A stretch of DNA of 13,328 nucleotides from a virus: UHGV virus genome UHGV-1736226; one strand, given 5' to 3'. The translations under genes and the position numbers were made by a program. Shown here one piece after another: positions 1 through 8,010 of the stretch; position 1 is the first letter of the stretch; each line of letters opens with the position of its first letter. The notes under the pieces are model-generated. The model worked only from the letters and a program-made list of their open reading frames with translations, was not told the DNA's origin and searched no databases.

Positions 1-48
1 GCCTAAAGTTGTTCGCAAGATGCATGTTTAAAACATTCTGGAGCGGGT

Positions 49-543
49 ATGGATCGAGAGTTGAAAAATCTGACGCTGAATATCAGTCAACTGGCGGCAC
101 TGTCAGGTGTACATCGCCAGACTGCTGCGGCAAGGCTGCAAAATCTACCCGTTGCAGGGGGGCATGAAAGCAACCTCAAGCTTTATCGGGTGGTTGATAT
201 TGTGTCGGCATTTCTGGCATTACCACCGCCGGTTGCAGAAGGCGAAATGGACGCGCATGAGCGCAAAGCCTGGTATCAGTCTGAACGTGAGCGTCTTAAG
301 TTCGAACAGGAAACGGCACAACTCATTCCGGCCAGTGATGTCAGACGGGAGTTTGCCATCTGGGCAAAAGCGGTCGTGCAGGTGCTGGAGACATTACCGG
401 ATATTCTGGAACGTGACTGCGGCCTGCAGCCTGCCGCTGTGAGCCGTGTTCAGTCCATTATTGATGATCTGCGCGATCAGATAGCCCTGCGGGTGACCGA
501 AGCAGGTGCGGATGATGAGGAGGAATTACAGCAGGAGGAGTAA
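49..543 (+). CDS. Phage terminase small subunit (lambda Nu1-like), N-terminal HTH DNA-binding region and acidic C-terminus
   Basis: 164-aa ORF directly upstream of, and overlapping by TAATG, the large terminase; N-terminal helix-turn-helix-like segment (NISQLAALSGVHRQTAAARL); acidic tail DDEEELQQEE; GGAG RBS 5 nt before the ATG at 49. Position and architecture match Nu1-type small terminases. Confidence 0.8.
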   Translation: MDRELKNLTLNISQLAALSGVHRQTAAARLQNLPVAGGHESNLKLYRVVDIVSAFLALPPPVAEGEMDAHERKAWYQSERERLKFEQETAQLIPASDVRREFAIWAKAVVQVLETLPDILERDCGLQPAAVSRVQSIIDDLRDQIALRVTEAGADDEEELQQEE

Positions 544-2645
544 TGCTGAATCAGGAAACCGCAAAGGCAGCACGAACCGATTCAGGTTATATCCTTCGCG
601 CACCGAGACGAATGCGGGTTGCTGATGCCGTTGCTCAGTATATGCGGGTGCCCATGGGGGCCGGGAACTCAGTCCCGTGGGATCCGCTGGTGGCACCGTA
701 TGTTATTGAGCCGATGAACTGCCTGGCCTCGCGTGAATACGACGCAGTGATATTTGTTGGCCCGGCACGAACTGGCAAGACTATCGGCCTGATTGACGGC
801 TGGGTGATTTACAACGTGATTTGCGATCCTGCTGATATGCTGATCATTCAGATGACGGAGGAAAAAGCCCGCGAACACTCCAAAAAACGACTCGCCAGAA
901 CGTTTCGCGTCAGCCCGGAAGTGGTCAGTCGCCTGAGTCCGAACAAAAATGACAACAACGTTTATGACAGAACATTCCTTGCTGGCAACTACCTGAAAAT
1001 CGGCTGGCCGTCAGTCAATATCATGTCCTCATCAGATTATAAATGCGTGGCGCTGACGGATTATGACCGTTTTCCGGAAGATATTGATGGCGAGGGGGAT
1101 GCCTTCTCTCTTGCCTCAAAACGTACCACCACATTTATGTCCAGTGGTATGACGCTGGTGGAGAGTTCCCCCGGCAGGGATGTGAAGGATGTGAAATGGC
1201 GACGGACTTCACCGCATGAGGCTCCACCAACCACGGGGATACTGTCGCTCTATAACCGTGGCGATCGCCGTCGCTGGTACTGGCCCTGTCCACACTGTGG
1301 TGAGTATTTTCAGCCCTGCGGCGATGTGGTTGCTGGTTTCCGTGATATTGCCGATCCCGTGCTGGCAAGTGAGGCGGCTTATATTCAGTGTCCTTCCTGT
1401 TCAGGACGGATTATGCCTGAACAAAAACGTGAGCTGAACGGACGTGGGGTCTGGTTGCGGGATGGTGAATCCATCAATGCGGATGGCAGTCGTTATGGTG
1501 ATCCCCGACGCTCACGTATTGCGTCATTCTGGATGGAGGGTCCGGCAGCTGCTTACCAGACACTCTCGCAACTCGTTTACAAACTGCTTGCTGCAGAACA
1601 GGAATACGAGACAACCGGAAGTGAAGAAACACTCAAGACGGTTATCAATACCGACTGGGGATTACCTTATCTTCCCCGTGCCAGCATGGAGCAACGAAAA
1701 AGTGAACTGCTTGAGCAGCGGGCAGAGCCAGTTCCTTCCCGCAGTGTGCCGGATGGCGTTAATTTCCTGGTGGCGACAGTTGATGTGCAGGCGGGACGTC
1801 ATCGCCGTTTTGTGGTTCAGGTAACGGGCTATGGCAGCCGTGGCGAACGCTGGATTATTGATCGTTACAACATCACGCAGTCATTGCGCGGTGACAGCGA
1901 CGGGGAGAGCCAGCGAATTGATCCGGCCAGCTATCCGGAAGACTGGGATGTCCTGCTGACGGATGTTTTTCATAAAAGCTGGCCGCTGGCCTCCGATCCT
2001 TCTCAACAAATGCGACTGATGGCAATGGCGGTGGACTCCGGCGGTGAAGACGGAGTCACTGATAATGCCTATAAATTCTGGCGTCGTTGCCGTCGTGATG
2101 GCCTTGGTAAACGTATTTACCTGTTTAAGGGCGACAGCATCCGGCGCGCAAAACTGATCACCCGTACATTCCCTGATAACACCGGACGAACGGGCCGACG
2201 GGCGCAGGCCGCAGGTGATGTACCGCTCTGGCTTCTTCAGACGGATGCCCTGAAAGACCGGGTGAATAACGCGTTATGGCGTGACTCGCCAGGTCCCGGC
2301 TATGTGCATTTCCCTGACTGGCTGGGGAGCTGGTTTTACGACGAACTGACGTATGAAGAGCGGAGCAGTGACGGGAAATGGAGTAAGCCGGGTCGCGGTG
2401 CCAACGAAGCTTTTGACCTGATGGTGTATGCCGAGGCTCTGGTCATTCTGCATGGATACGAAAAGATCCGCTGGCCGGATGCACCGGAGTGGGCGAGCCG
2501 GGAAACCTGGCTGGAGTGTGTCCCGGACAGTACCGAACCGTCACCCACACCGGAACCGGTATCCACGCCTGTTAAAAAACAAAAACGGAAGAAAACAGTA
2601 ACTGACGATGTTAACCCCTGGCTGACTTCCGGAGGATGGTTATGA
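543..2645 (+). CDS. Phage terminase large subunit (lambda gpA family), ATPase + nuclease
   Basis: 700-aa ORF; Walker A-like motif VGPARTGKT at nt 759-782; size and position (after small terminase, before W/portal) as in lambda gpA; start overlaps the upstream stop (TAATG). Confidence 0.92.
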   Translation: MLNQETAKAARTDSGYILRAPRRMRVADAVAQYMRVPMGAGNSVPWDPLVAPYVIEPMNCLASREYDAVIFVGPARTGKTIGLIDGWVIYNVICDPADMLIIQMTEEKAREHSKKRLARTFRVSPEVVSRLSPNKNDNNVYDRTFLAGNYLKIGWPSVNIMSSSDYKCVALTDYDRFPEDIDGEGDAFSLASKRTTTFMSSGMTLVESSPGRDVKDVKWRRTSPHEAPPTTGILSLYNRGDRRRWYWPCPHCGEYFQPCGDVVAGFRDIADPVLASEAAYIQCPSCSGRIMPEQKRELNGRGVWLRDGESINADGSRYGDPRRSRIASFWMEGPAAAYQTLSQLVYKLLAAEQEYETTGSEETLKTVINTDWGLPYLPRASMEQRKSELLEQRAEPVPSRSVPDGVNFLVATVDVQAGRHRRFVVQVTGYGSRGERWIIDRYNITQSLRGDSDGESQRIDPASYPEDWDVLLTDVFHKSWPLASDPSQQMRLMAMAVDSGGEDGVTDNAYKFWRRCRRDGLGKRIYLFKGDSIRRAKLITRTFPDNTGRTGRRAQAAGDVPLWLLQTDALKDRVNNALWRDSPGPGYVHFPDWLGSWFYDELTYEERSSDGKWSKPGRGANEAFDLMVYAEALVILHGYEKIRWPDAPEWASRETWLECVPDSTEPSPTPEPVSTPVKKQKRKKTVTDDVNPWLTSGGWL

Positions 2646-2854
2646 ACCAGAATGATATCGAAGCCATGATTCAGCGTTATACGGAAGCTGAAATGGCGGT
2701 GCTGGACGGAAAATCCGTCACCTTTAATGGTCAGCAGATGACCATGGAAAACTTATCTGAGATCCGGCAGGGACGGCAGGAGTGGGAGCGCCGCCTTGCG
2801 GCTCTGATTACACGACGACGGGGGCATCCCGGGTACCGGCTGGCGAGGTTCTGA
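2642..2854 (+). CDS. W: Head-tail connector / head completion protein, lambda gpW-like
   Basis: About 70 aa; C-terminus RRRGHPGYRLARF resembles the lambda gpW C-terminus (RRRGPAGFYV); ATG at 2642 overlaps the terminase stop (ATGA) with GGAGG 6 nt upstream; an alternative in-frame ATG lies at 2636. Confidence 0.8.
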   Translation: MNQNDIEAMIQRYTEAEMAVLDGKSVTFNGQQMTMENLSEIRQGRQEWERRLAALITRRRGHPGYRLARF

Positions 2855-4362
2855 TGGCAATTCTTGATGATGTGATTGGCGTTTTTTCACCAGGATGGAA
2901 AGCGGCAAGGCTGCGTTCCCGTGCGGTGATCCAGGCTTATGAGGCCGTAAAAACGACGCGGACACACAAAGCCCGGCGGGAAAACCGAACTGCCGACCAG
3001 TTAAGCCAGTACGGGGCCGTGTCGTTACGTGAGCAGGCCCGTTACCTTGATAACAACCACGATCTGGTTATTGGTGTATTTGACAAGCTGGAAGAACGGG
3101 TGGTGGGGAAAAACGGGATTATTGTCGAGCCACATCCGGTATTACGCAATGGGGCCATTGCCCGTGATCTGGCAGCGGAGATACGCACCCGATGGAGTGA
3201 ATGGTCTGTCAGTCCGGAAGTCACCGGGCAGTTTACCCGTCCGATGCTGGAACGTCTGATGTTGCGTACCTGGCTGCGCGATGGTGAGGTGTTTGCCCAG
3301 ATGGTTTCCGGGCGCATAAACAGCCTGACGCCTTCTGCCGGTGTTCATTTCTGGCTGGAGGCGCTCGAGCCGGACTTTATTCCCATGACCAGTGATGAGA
3401 GCAACAGGCTGAATCAGGGCGTGTTTGTTGATGACTGGGGGCGTCCCGAAAAATATCTGGTGTATAAAAGCCGTCCCGTATCCGGACGGCAGATGGAAAC
3501 CAAAGAAGTGGATGCAGAGCGAATGCTGCATCTTAAATTTGTTCGCCGTCTGCACCAGATGCGCGGGACGTCTTTGTTGTCCGGTGTGCTGATCCGCCTC
3601 AGTGCCCTGAAAGAGTATGAAGATTCTGAGCTGACTGCAGCAAGGATCGCCGCTGCTCTGGGGATGTACATCCGCAAAGGCGACGGGCAGAGCTATGAAC
3701 CGGATGGTAATGGCAGCAAGGATAAGGAACGCGAGCTTACCATTCAGCCAGGCATTATTTACGACGATCTGAAACCCGGCGAAGAAATCGGAATGGTGAA
3801 GTCGGATCGTCCCAATCCTAACCTTGAAACTTTTCGTAATGGTCAGTTGCGTGCCGTGGCGGCGGGCAGTCGTCTGAGTTTTTCCAGTACAGCGCGCAAC
3901 TATAACGGCACTTACAGCGCCCAGCGTCAGGAGCTGGTTGAATCCACTGATGGCTACCTGATCCTGCAGGACTGGTTTATTGGTGCCGTCACCCGCCCGA
4001 TGTATCGTGCCTGGCTGAAACAGGCTGTGGCATCCGGTGTTATCAGGCTACCCCGCGATCTTGATCGTTCTTCACTGTATACCGCGGTGTATTCCGGACC
4101 GGTGATGCCGTGGATTGACCCTGTTAAGGAGGCTGAGGCCTGGAAAATTCAGATTCGTGGTGGAGCGGCGACAGAATCAGACTGGGTACGTGCAGGTGGT
4201 CGTAATCCAGATGATGTCAAACGTCGGCGCAAGGCCGAAATTGATGAAAACCGCAAGCTGGATCTGGTATTTGATACCGATCCGGCCAGTGATAAAGGAG
4301 GCAGCAGTGCCGCAACGAAACGACAGGAGCCGCAGCATACCGACGACCAGTCCGAAGAATAA
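2854..4362 (+). CDS. Phage portal protein (lambda gpB-type position)
   Basis: 502-aa ORF whose ATG at 2854 overlaps the gpW stop (TGATG); lies between W and the protease/capsid gene; size typical of lambda-family portals. The ORF-track extension back to 2782 overlaps W and is judged not translated. Confidence 0.8.
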   Translation: MAILDDVIGVFSPGWKAARLRSRAVIQAYEAVKTTRTHKARRENRTADQLSQYGAVSLREQARYLDNNHDLVIGVFDKLEERVVGKNGIIVEPHPVLRNGAIARDLAAEIRTRWSEWSVSPEVTGQFTRPMLERLMLRTWLRDGEVFAQMVSGRINSLTPSAGVHFWLEALEPDFIPMTSDESNRLNQGVFVDDWGRPEKYLVYKSRPVSGRQMETKEVDAERMLHLKFVRRLHQMRGTSLLSGVLIRLSALKEYEDSELTAARIAAALGMYIRKGDGQSYEPDGNGSKDKERELTIQPGIIYDDLKPGEEIGMVKSDRPNPNLETFRNGQLRAVAAGSRLSFSSTARNYNGTYSAQRQELVESTDGYLILQDWFIGAVTRPMYRAWLKQAVASGVIRLPRDLDRSSLYTAVYSGPVMPWIDPVKEAEAWKIQIRGGAATESDWVRAGGRNPDDVKRRRKAEIDENRKLDLVFDTDPASDKGGSSAATKRQEPQHTDDQSEE

Positions 4363-4375
4363 TTCCTGGTTCAGG

Positions 4376-6334
4376 ATGCAGGCAGGTCACCAGAGTGACG
4401 CGGATATTTATATTTATGACGAGATTGGTTTCTGGGGTGTTACGGCGAAGCAGTTTATCAGTGATCTGAATGCACTGGGCGATATCACCCACATTAATCT
4501 CCATATTAATTCACCGGGTGGCGATGTCTTTGAAGGCATCGCCATTTTTAATGCGCTGAAAACACATGGTGCGTCCATTACCGTTTATGTCGACGGTGTG
4601 GCGGCGTCAATGGCGTCGGTCATTGCGATGGTGGGAAACCCGGTCATTATGCCGGAAAACTCCTTCATGATGATTCATAAACCATTTGGCTTTACGGGCG
4701 GTGATGCGGAGGACATGCGCACCTATGCCGACCTGCTCGATAAGGTTGAGGCGGTTCTGTTACCCGCTTATGCACAGAAAACCGGGAAAACCACCGATGA
4801 AATTGCTGCCATGCTGGCGGATGAGACCTGGATGTCCGGTGCCGAATGTCTGGCACAGGGATTTGCTGATCAGGTGACACCAGCCGTTAAGGCAATGGCA
4901 TGTATTCAGTCAAAACGTACAGAGGAATTTAAAAAGATGCCGGAATCCATTCGAAATATGATTACTCCGCCACGCAACAGTGCTCCACGCGTACAGGATG
5001 ATGGACCTGCAGCCTCCCGGACGCCAGTGCAGGCAGCAGCACCCGTGGTGGATGAAAACAGCATCCGTGCGCAGGTCCTGGCAGAGCAAAAAGCGCGTGT
5101 AAACGGTATTAATGATCTGTTTGCCATGTTTGGCGGGCGTTATCAGTCGTTGCAGGCTCAGTGTCTTGCCGATCCTGAATGTTCGCTGGAGCAGGCCCGC
5201 GAAAAGCTGTTGAACGAGATGGGGCGCGAGTCCACGCCATCCAATAAAAATACCCCGGCTCATATTTATGCCGGTAACGGTAATTTTGTGGGGGACGGGA
5301 TCCGCCAGGCGCTGATGGCGCGCGCCGGGTTTGAAAAAACTGAACGTGATAATGTCTACAACGGGATGACCCTGCGTGAATATGCCCGTATGTCACTGAC
5401 TGAACGTGGTATTGGTGTTTCCAGTTATAACCCGATGCAGATGGTCGGTGCGGCGTTCACACACAGTACGTCTGACTTCGGTAATATTCTGCTGGATGTT
5501 GCGAACAAAGCCATTCTGCAGGGCTGGGAAGATGCCCCTGAAACCTATGAACAGTGGACGCGGAAAGGTCAGTTGTCTGATTTTAAAATTGCCCATCGTG
5601 TGGGTATGGGGGGCTTCAGTGCTCTGCGTCAGGTGCGTGAAGGGGCAGAATATAAATACGTCACCACCGGAGATAAACAGGCCACTATTGCACTGGCGAC
5701 CTATGGCGAGCTGTTCAGTATCACCCGTCAGGCCATTATCAATGATGATCTGAATATGCTGACCGATGTCCCGATGAAGCTGGGCCGTGCGGCGAAATCC
5801 ACTATTGCCGATCTGGTTTATGCCATTCTGACGTCTAACCCGAAAATCTCCACAGATAATGTAAGTCTGTTCGATAAAGCGAAACATGCAAACGTACTGG
5901 AGAGCGCTGCAATGGACGTGGCATCGCTGGATAAAGCCCGCCAGTTGATGCGCGTTCAGAAAGAGGGTGAGCGTCATCTGAATATTCGTCCTGCGTTCGT
6001 ACTGGTACCGACGGCGATGGAGTCTGTTGCTAACCAGGTCATTCGCTCCTCAAGTGTCAAGGGGGCTGACATTAACGCCGGTATTATTAACCCGGTGAAA
6101 GATTTTGCGACCGTTATTGCAGAGCCTCGTCTTGATGATAACAGCCAGACCACCTTCTACCTGGCTGCGTCCAAAGGCTCCGATACGATTGAAGTGGCTT
6201 ATCTCAACGGTGTGGATACGCCATATATTGATCAGATGGAGGGCTTCAGTGTGGATGGCGTGACAACGAAAGTGCGTATTGACGCCGGTGTCGCGCCAGT
6301 TGATCACCGCGGTCTGGTGAAATGTACGGCGTAA
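4376..6334 (+). CDS. Tripartite capsid polyprotein: N-terminal ClpP-like prohead protease, central scaffold-like region, C-terminal major capsid protein
   Basis: 652 aa from the ATG at 4376, 13 nt after the portal stop. N-terminal ~180 aa align to the ClpP core (VDGVAASMASVIAMVG with Ser codon at 4607-4609; MMIHKP His motif). The C-terminal ~370 aa are assigned as major capsid by size and position. The arrangement matches the published Gifsy-2 tripartite capsid gene. The ORF-track start at 4115 overlaps the portal and is rejected. Confidence 0.85.
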   Translation: MQAGHQSDADIYIYDEIGFWGVTAKQFISDLNALGDITHINLHINSPGGDVFEGIAIFNALKTHGASITVYVDGVAASMASVIAMVGNPVIMPENSFMMIHKPFGFTGGDAEDMRTYADLLDKVEAVLLPAYAQKTGKTTDEIAAMLADETWMSGAECLAQGFADQVTPAVKAMACIQSKRTEEFKKMPESIRNMITPPRNSAPRVQDDGPAASRTPVQAAAPVVDENSIRAQVLAEQKARVNGINDLFAMFGGRYQSLQAQCLADPECSLEQAREKLLNEMGRESTPSNKNTPAHIYAGNGNFVGDGIRQALMARAGFEKTERDNVYNGMTLREYARMSLTERGIGVSSYNPMQMVGAAFTHSTSDFGNILLDVANKAILQGWEDAPETYEQWTRKGQLSDFKIAHRVGMGGFSALRQVREGAEYKYVTTGDKQATIALATYGELFSITRQAIINDDLNMLTDVPMKLGRAAKSTIADLVYAILTSNPKISTDNVSLFDKAKHANVLESAAMDVASLDKARQLMRVQKEGERHLNIRPAFVLVPTAMESVANQVIRSSSVKGADINAGIINPVKDFATVIAEPRLDDNSQTTFYLAASKGSDTIEVAYLNGVDTPYIDQMEGFSVDGVTTKVRIDAGVAPVDHRGLVKCTA

Positions 6335-6354
6335 ACGTCGCAGACAACAACTCT

Positions 6355-6378
6355 GATGGCCCGTAAGGGCTTTTTTTG
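6355..6378 (+). terminator. Putative rho-independent terminator/attenuator downstream of the capsid gene
   Basis: Short GC stem (GGCCC-GTAA-GGGC) followed by a T7 run at 6371-6377, 20 nt after the capsid stop. Confidence 0.4.
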
Positions 6379-6388
6379 TACCTGAAAT

Positions 6389-6407
6389 CAGCCCCTGAAC
6401 GGGGCTG
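6389..6407 (+). promoter_or_regulatory. Perfect 7-bp stem-loop (CAGCCCC-TGAAC-GGGGCTG) immediately upstream of the decoration-gene RBS
   Basis: Inverted repeat read directly from the sequence; no T-run follows; GGAG RBS at 6410-6413 and ATG at 6421. Confidence 0.35.
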
Positions 6408-6420
6408 TGCGGAGACAGTT

Positions 6421-6744
6421 ATGGCAAAGAATTTTGTAGAAGAAGGAAAAACGGTGGCGATTGTTGCCAGTGCAGCCATCAGCAGCGGAGATCTGGTGCA
6501 GGTGGGGGATGTTTTTGCGGTGGCGCTGACCGATATTCCACAGGGAGAAACAGGCGACGGCATGACCGAAGGTGTGTTTATGCTGCCTAAGCTGAAAACG
6601 GATGACATGAAAACGGGTAAGAAGGTTTATCTGAAGTCCGGAAAAGTTCAGCTGACTAACAGCGGCTCTGAGCCGCTGGTCGGGGTTGTCTGGGCAGATG
6701 CCGGAACCAGTGCAGAAGAAGTGCCGGTAAAACTCAATGTCTGA
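6421..6744 (+). CDS. Small capsid accessory protein, putative head decoration protein (DUF2190-like)
   Basis: 107 aa; strong RBS (GGAG, 7-nt spacing); lies immediately after the major capsid gene where decoration proteins sit in lambda/Gifsy-type modules; Gly/Val-rich, beta-rich composition. Functional call is by position plus recalled family resemblance. Confidence 0.55.
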   Translation: MAKNFVEEGKTVAIVASAAISSGDLVQVGDVFAVALTDIPQGETGDGMTEGVFMLPKLKTDDMKTGKKVYLKSGKVQLTNSGSEPLVGVVWADAGTSAEEVPVKLNV

Positions 6745-7012
6745 TCCCTTTTCCCGGCTGGCAGCGCGTATGGATGCGATCACGGTCAGAAAGATGGGAA
6801 AGACAGCCTCGATTAATGATGTCGATATGACTGTGATCCCGGGAGAAACACTGGCAGAGCTGAATGCTCTGTCCGGACCTGCGGTCTCTCTGGTGGTGTT
6901 TTCTTCGGGATACCGCCCACGGCGCGGGGATCGCGTTGTTTATGACGGACAACAATGGACGGTCACACGGCATGAACGTTTTAACGGTAAGCCAATGATC
7001 TTTATTGAGTAA
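6737..7012 (+). CDS. Head-tail joining protein, lambda gpFII-like
   Basis: 91 aa; start overlaps the upstream stop (ATGTCTGA); recalled similarity to lambda FII (FSRLAARMDAITVRKMG vs FDAAIARADETIRGYMG; RRGDRVVYDGQQWTV vs RRGDTLTIGEENFWV). Confidence 0.6.
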   Translation: MSDPFSRLAARMDAITVRKMGKTASINDVDMTVIPGETLAELNALSGPAVSLVVFSSGYRPRRGDRVVYDGQQWTVTRHERFNGKPMIFIE

Positions 7013-7023
7013 AGAGGTGTGGG

Positions 7024-7602
7024 ATGAAGGGGCTTGAGAATGCCATCCGCAATCTGAACAGCCTTGATACCCGTATGGTGCCACAGGCCAGCGCATGGGC
7101 GATAAACCGTGTGGCACAGAAAGCGGTCTCGGTTGCCACCCGGCAGGTTGCCGGGAATACCGTTGCGGGAGATAACCAGGTGAAAGGGATCCCCCTGAAA
7201 CTGGTACGTCAGCGTGTCCGGGTGTTTAAAGCCAGTCCGTCAGGAAAAATGACGGTCAGGATCCGCGTTAACCGGGGCAATCTGCCCGCCATTAAGCTGG
7301 GGACAGCCCGGGTCAGACTGGCCCGGCGTGGTGGAAAACTGCAGTACCGTGGCAGTGTGCTGAAGGTGGGTAAATATCTTTTCCGGGATGCGTTTATTCA
7401 GCAACTGGCGAATGGTCGCTGGCATGTGATGCGACGTATTGATGGCAAAAATCGTTACCCCATTGATGTGGTGAAAATCCCGCTGTCCGGACCGCTGACA
7501 CAGGCATTTGAAGATGCCCGCGACCGCATCATTGCTGCGGAAATGCCGAAACAGCTGGGGTATGCACTGAAACAACAACTGAGGTTATGGCTGACCCGAT
7601 GA
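7024..7602 (+). CDS. Z: Minor tail protein / tail completion protein, lambda gpZ homolog
   Basis: 192 aa, same length as lambda Z; conserved block FIQQLANGRWHVMRRIDGKNRYPIDVVKIPLSGPLT matches lambda Z (FIQQLKNGRWHVMQRVAGKNRYPIDVVKIPMAVPLT); RBS AGAGGTG. Confidence 0.9.
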   Translation: MKGLENAIRNLNSLDTRMVPQASAWAINRVAQKAVSVATRQVAGNTVAGDNQVKGIPLKLVRQRVRVFKASPSGKMTVRIRVNRGNLPAIKLGTARVRLARRGGKLQYRGSVLKVGKYLFRDAFIQQLANGRWHVMRRIDGKNRYPIDVVKIPLSGPLTQAFEDARDRIIAAEMPKQLGYALKQQLRLWLTR

Positions 7603-8000
7603 ACCGACATACACAAATCCGCCAGGCCGTACTGGCACGCCTTCGGGAACAGTGTGGAGACAGCGCCACGTTTTTTGACGGGCTTCCGGCATTTATTGAT
7701 GCGCAGGAACTGCCTGCCGTGGTGGTGTGGCTGAGTGATGCTCAGTACACCGGAAAAATGACGGATGAAGATGACTGGCAGGCTGTTCTGCATATTGCCG
7801 TCTTCATCCGGGCACAGGCACCGGATTCAGAGCTGGATATGTGGATGGAGAGCACCATTTTCCCTGCCCTGAATGATATACCGGCACTTTCCGGACTCAT
7901 CGACACCCTGATCCCACTCGGTTTTAACTATCAACGTGATAATGAGATGGCCACCTGGGCGATGGCGGAAATCACGTACCAGATCACGTACACGAATTAA
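7599..8000 (+). CDS. U: Tail terminator protein, lambda gpU homolog
   Basis: 133 aa from the ATG at 7599 (ATGA overlap with the Z stop); matches lambda U in ATFFDG, PAVVVWL, AEYTG-like, PDSELDMWMES and IPALS motifs. An alternative ATG at 7587 would add 4 codons. Confidence 0.88.
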   Translation: MNRHTQIRQAVLARLREQCGDSATFFDGLPAFIDAQELPAVVVWLSDAQYTGKMTDEDDWQAVLHIAVFIRAQAPDSELDMWMESTIFPALNDIPALSGLIDTLIPLGFNYQRDNEMATWAMAEITYQITYTN

Positions 8001-8010
8001 GGAGGTGGTA

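Noticed and set aside
107-442. 111-aa + strand ORF in an alternative frame within the small terminase gene
   Set aside because: Fully nested in an alternate frame of the Nu1-like gene; Cys/Arg-rich composition typical of an out-of-frame artefact.
2782-2853. Portal ORF start at 2782
   Set aside because: Overlaps gpW coding sequence; the ATG at 2854 overlapping the W stop is the natural coupled start.
4115-4375. ORF-track extension of the capsid polyprotein back to 4115 (739 aa)
   Set aside because: The extension overlaps the portal 3' end by ~250 nt in another frame and has no homology; the ClpP-like domain begins at the ATG at 4376 just after the portal stop.
5393-5977. 194-aa ORF on the - strand inside the capsid gene
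   Set aside because: Antisense to a well-supported conserved coding region; no RBS or homology; typical shadow ORF.
6388-6783. 131-aa - strand ORF overlapping the decoration-protein gene
   Set aside because: Antisense shadow of a + strand gene with a strong RBS; no homology.
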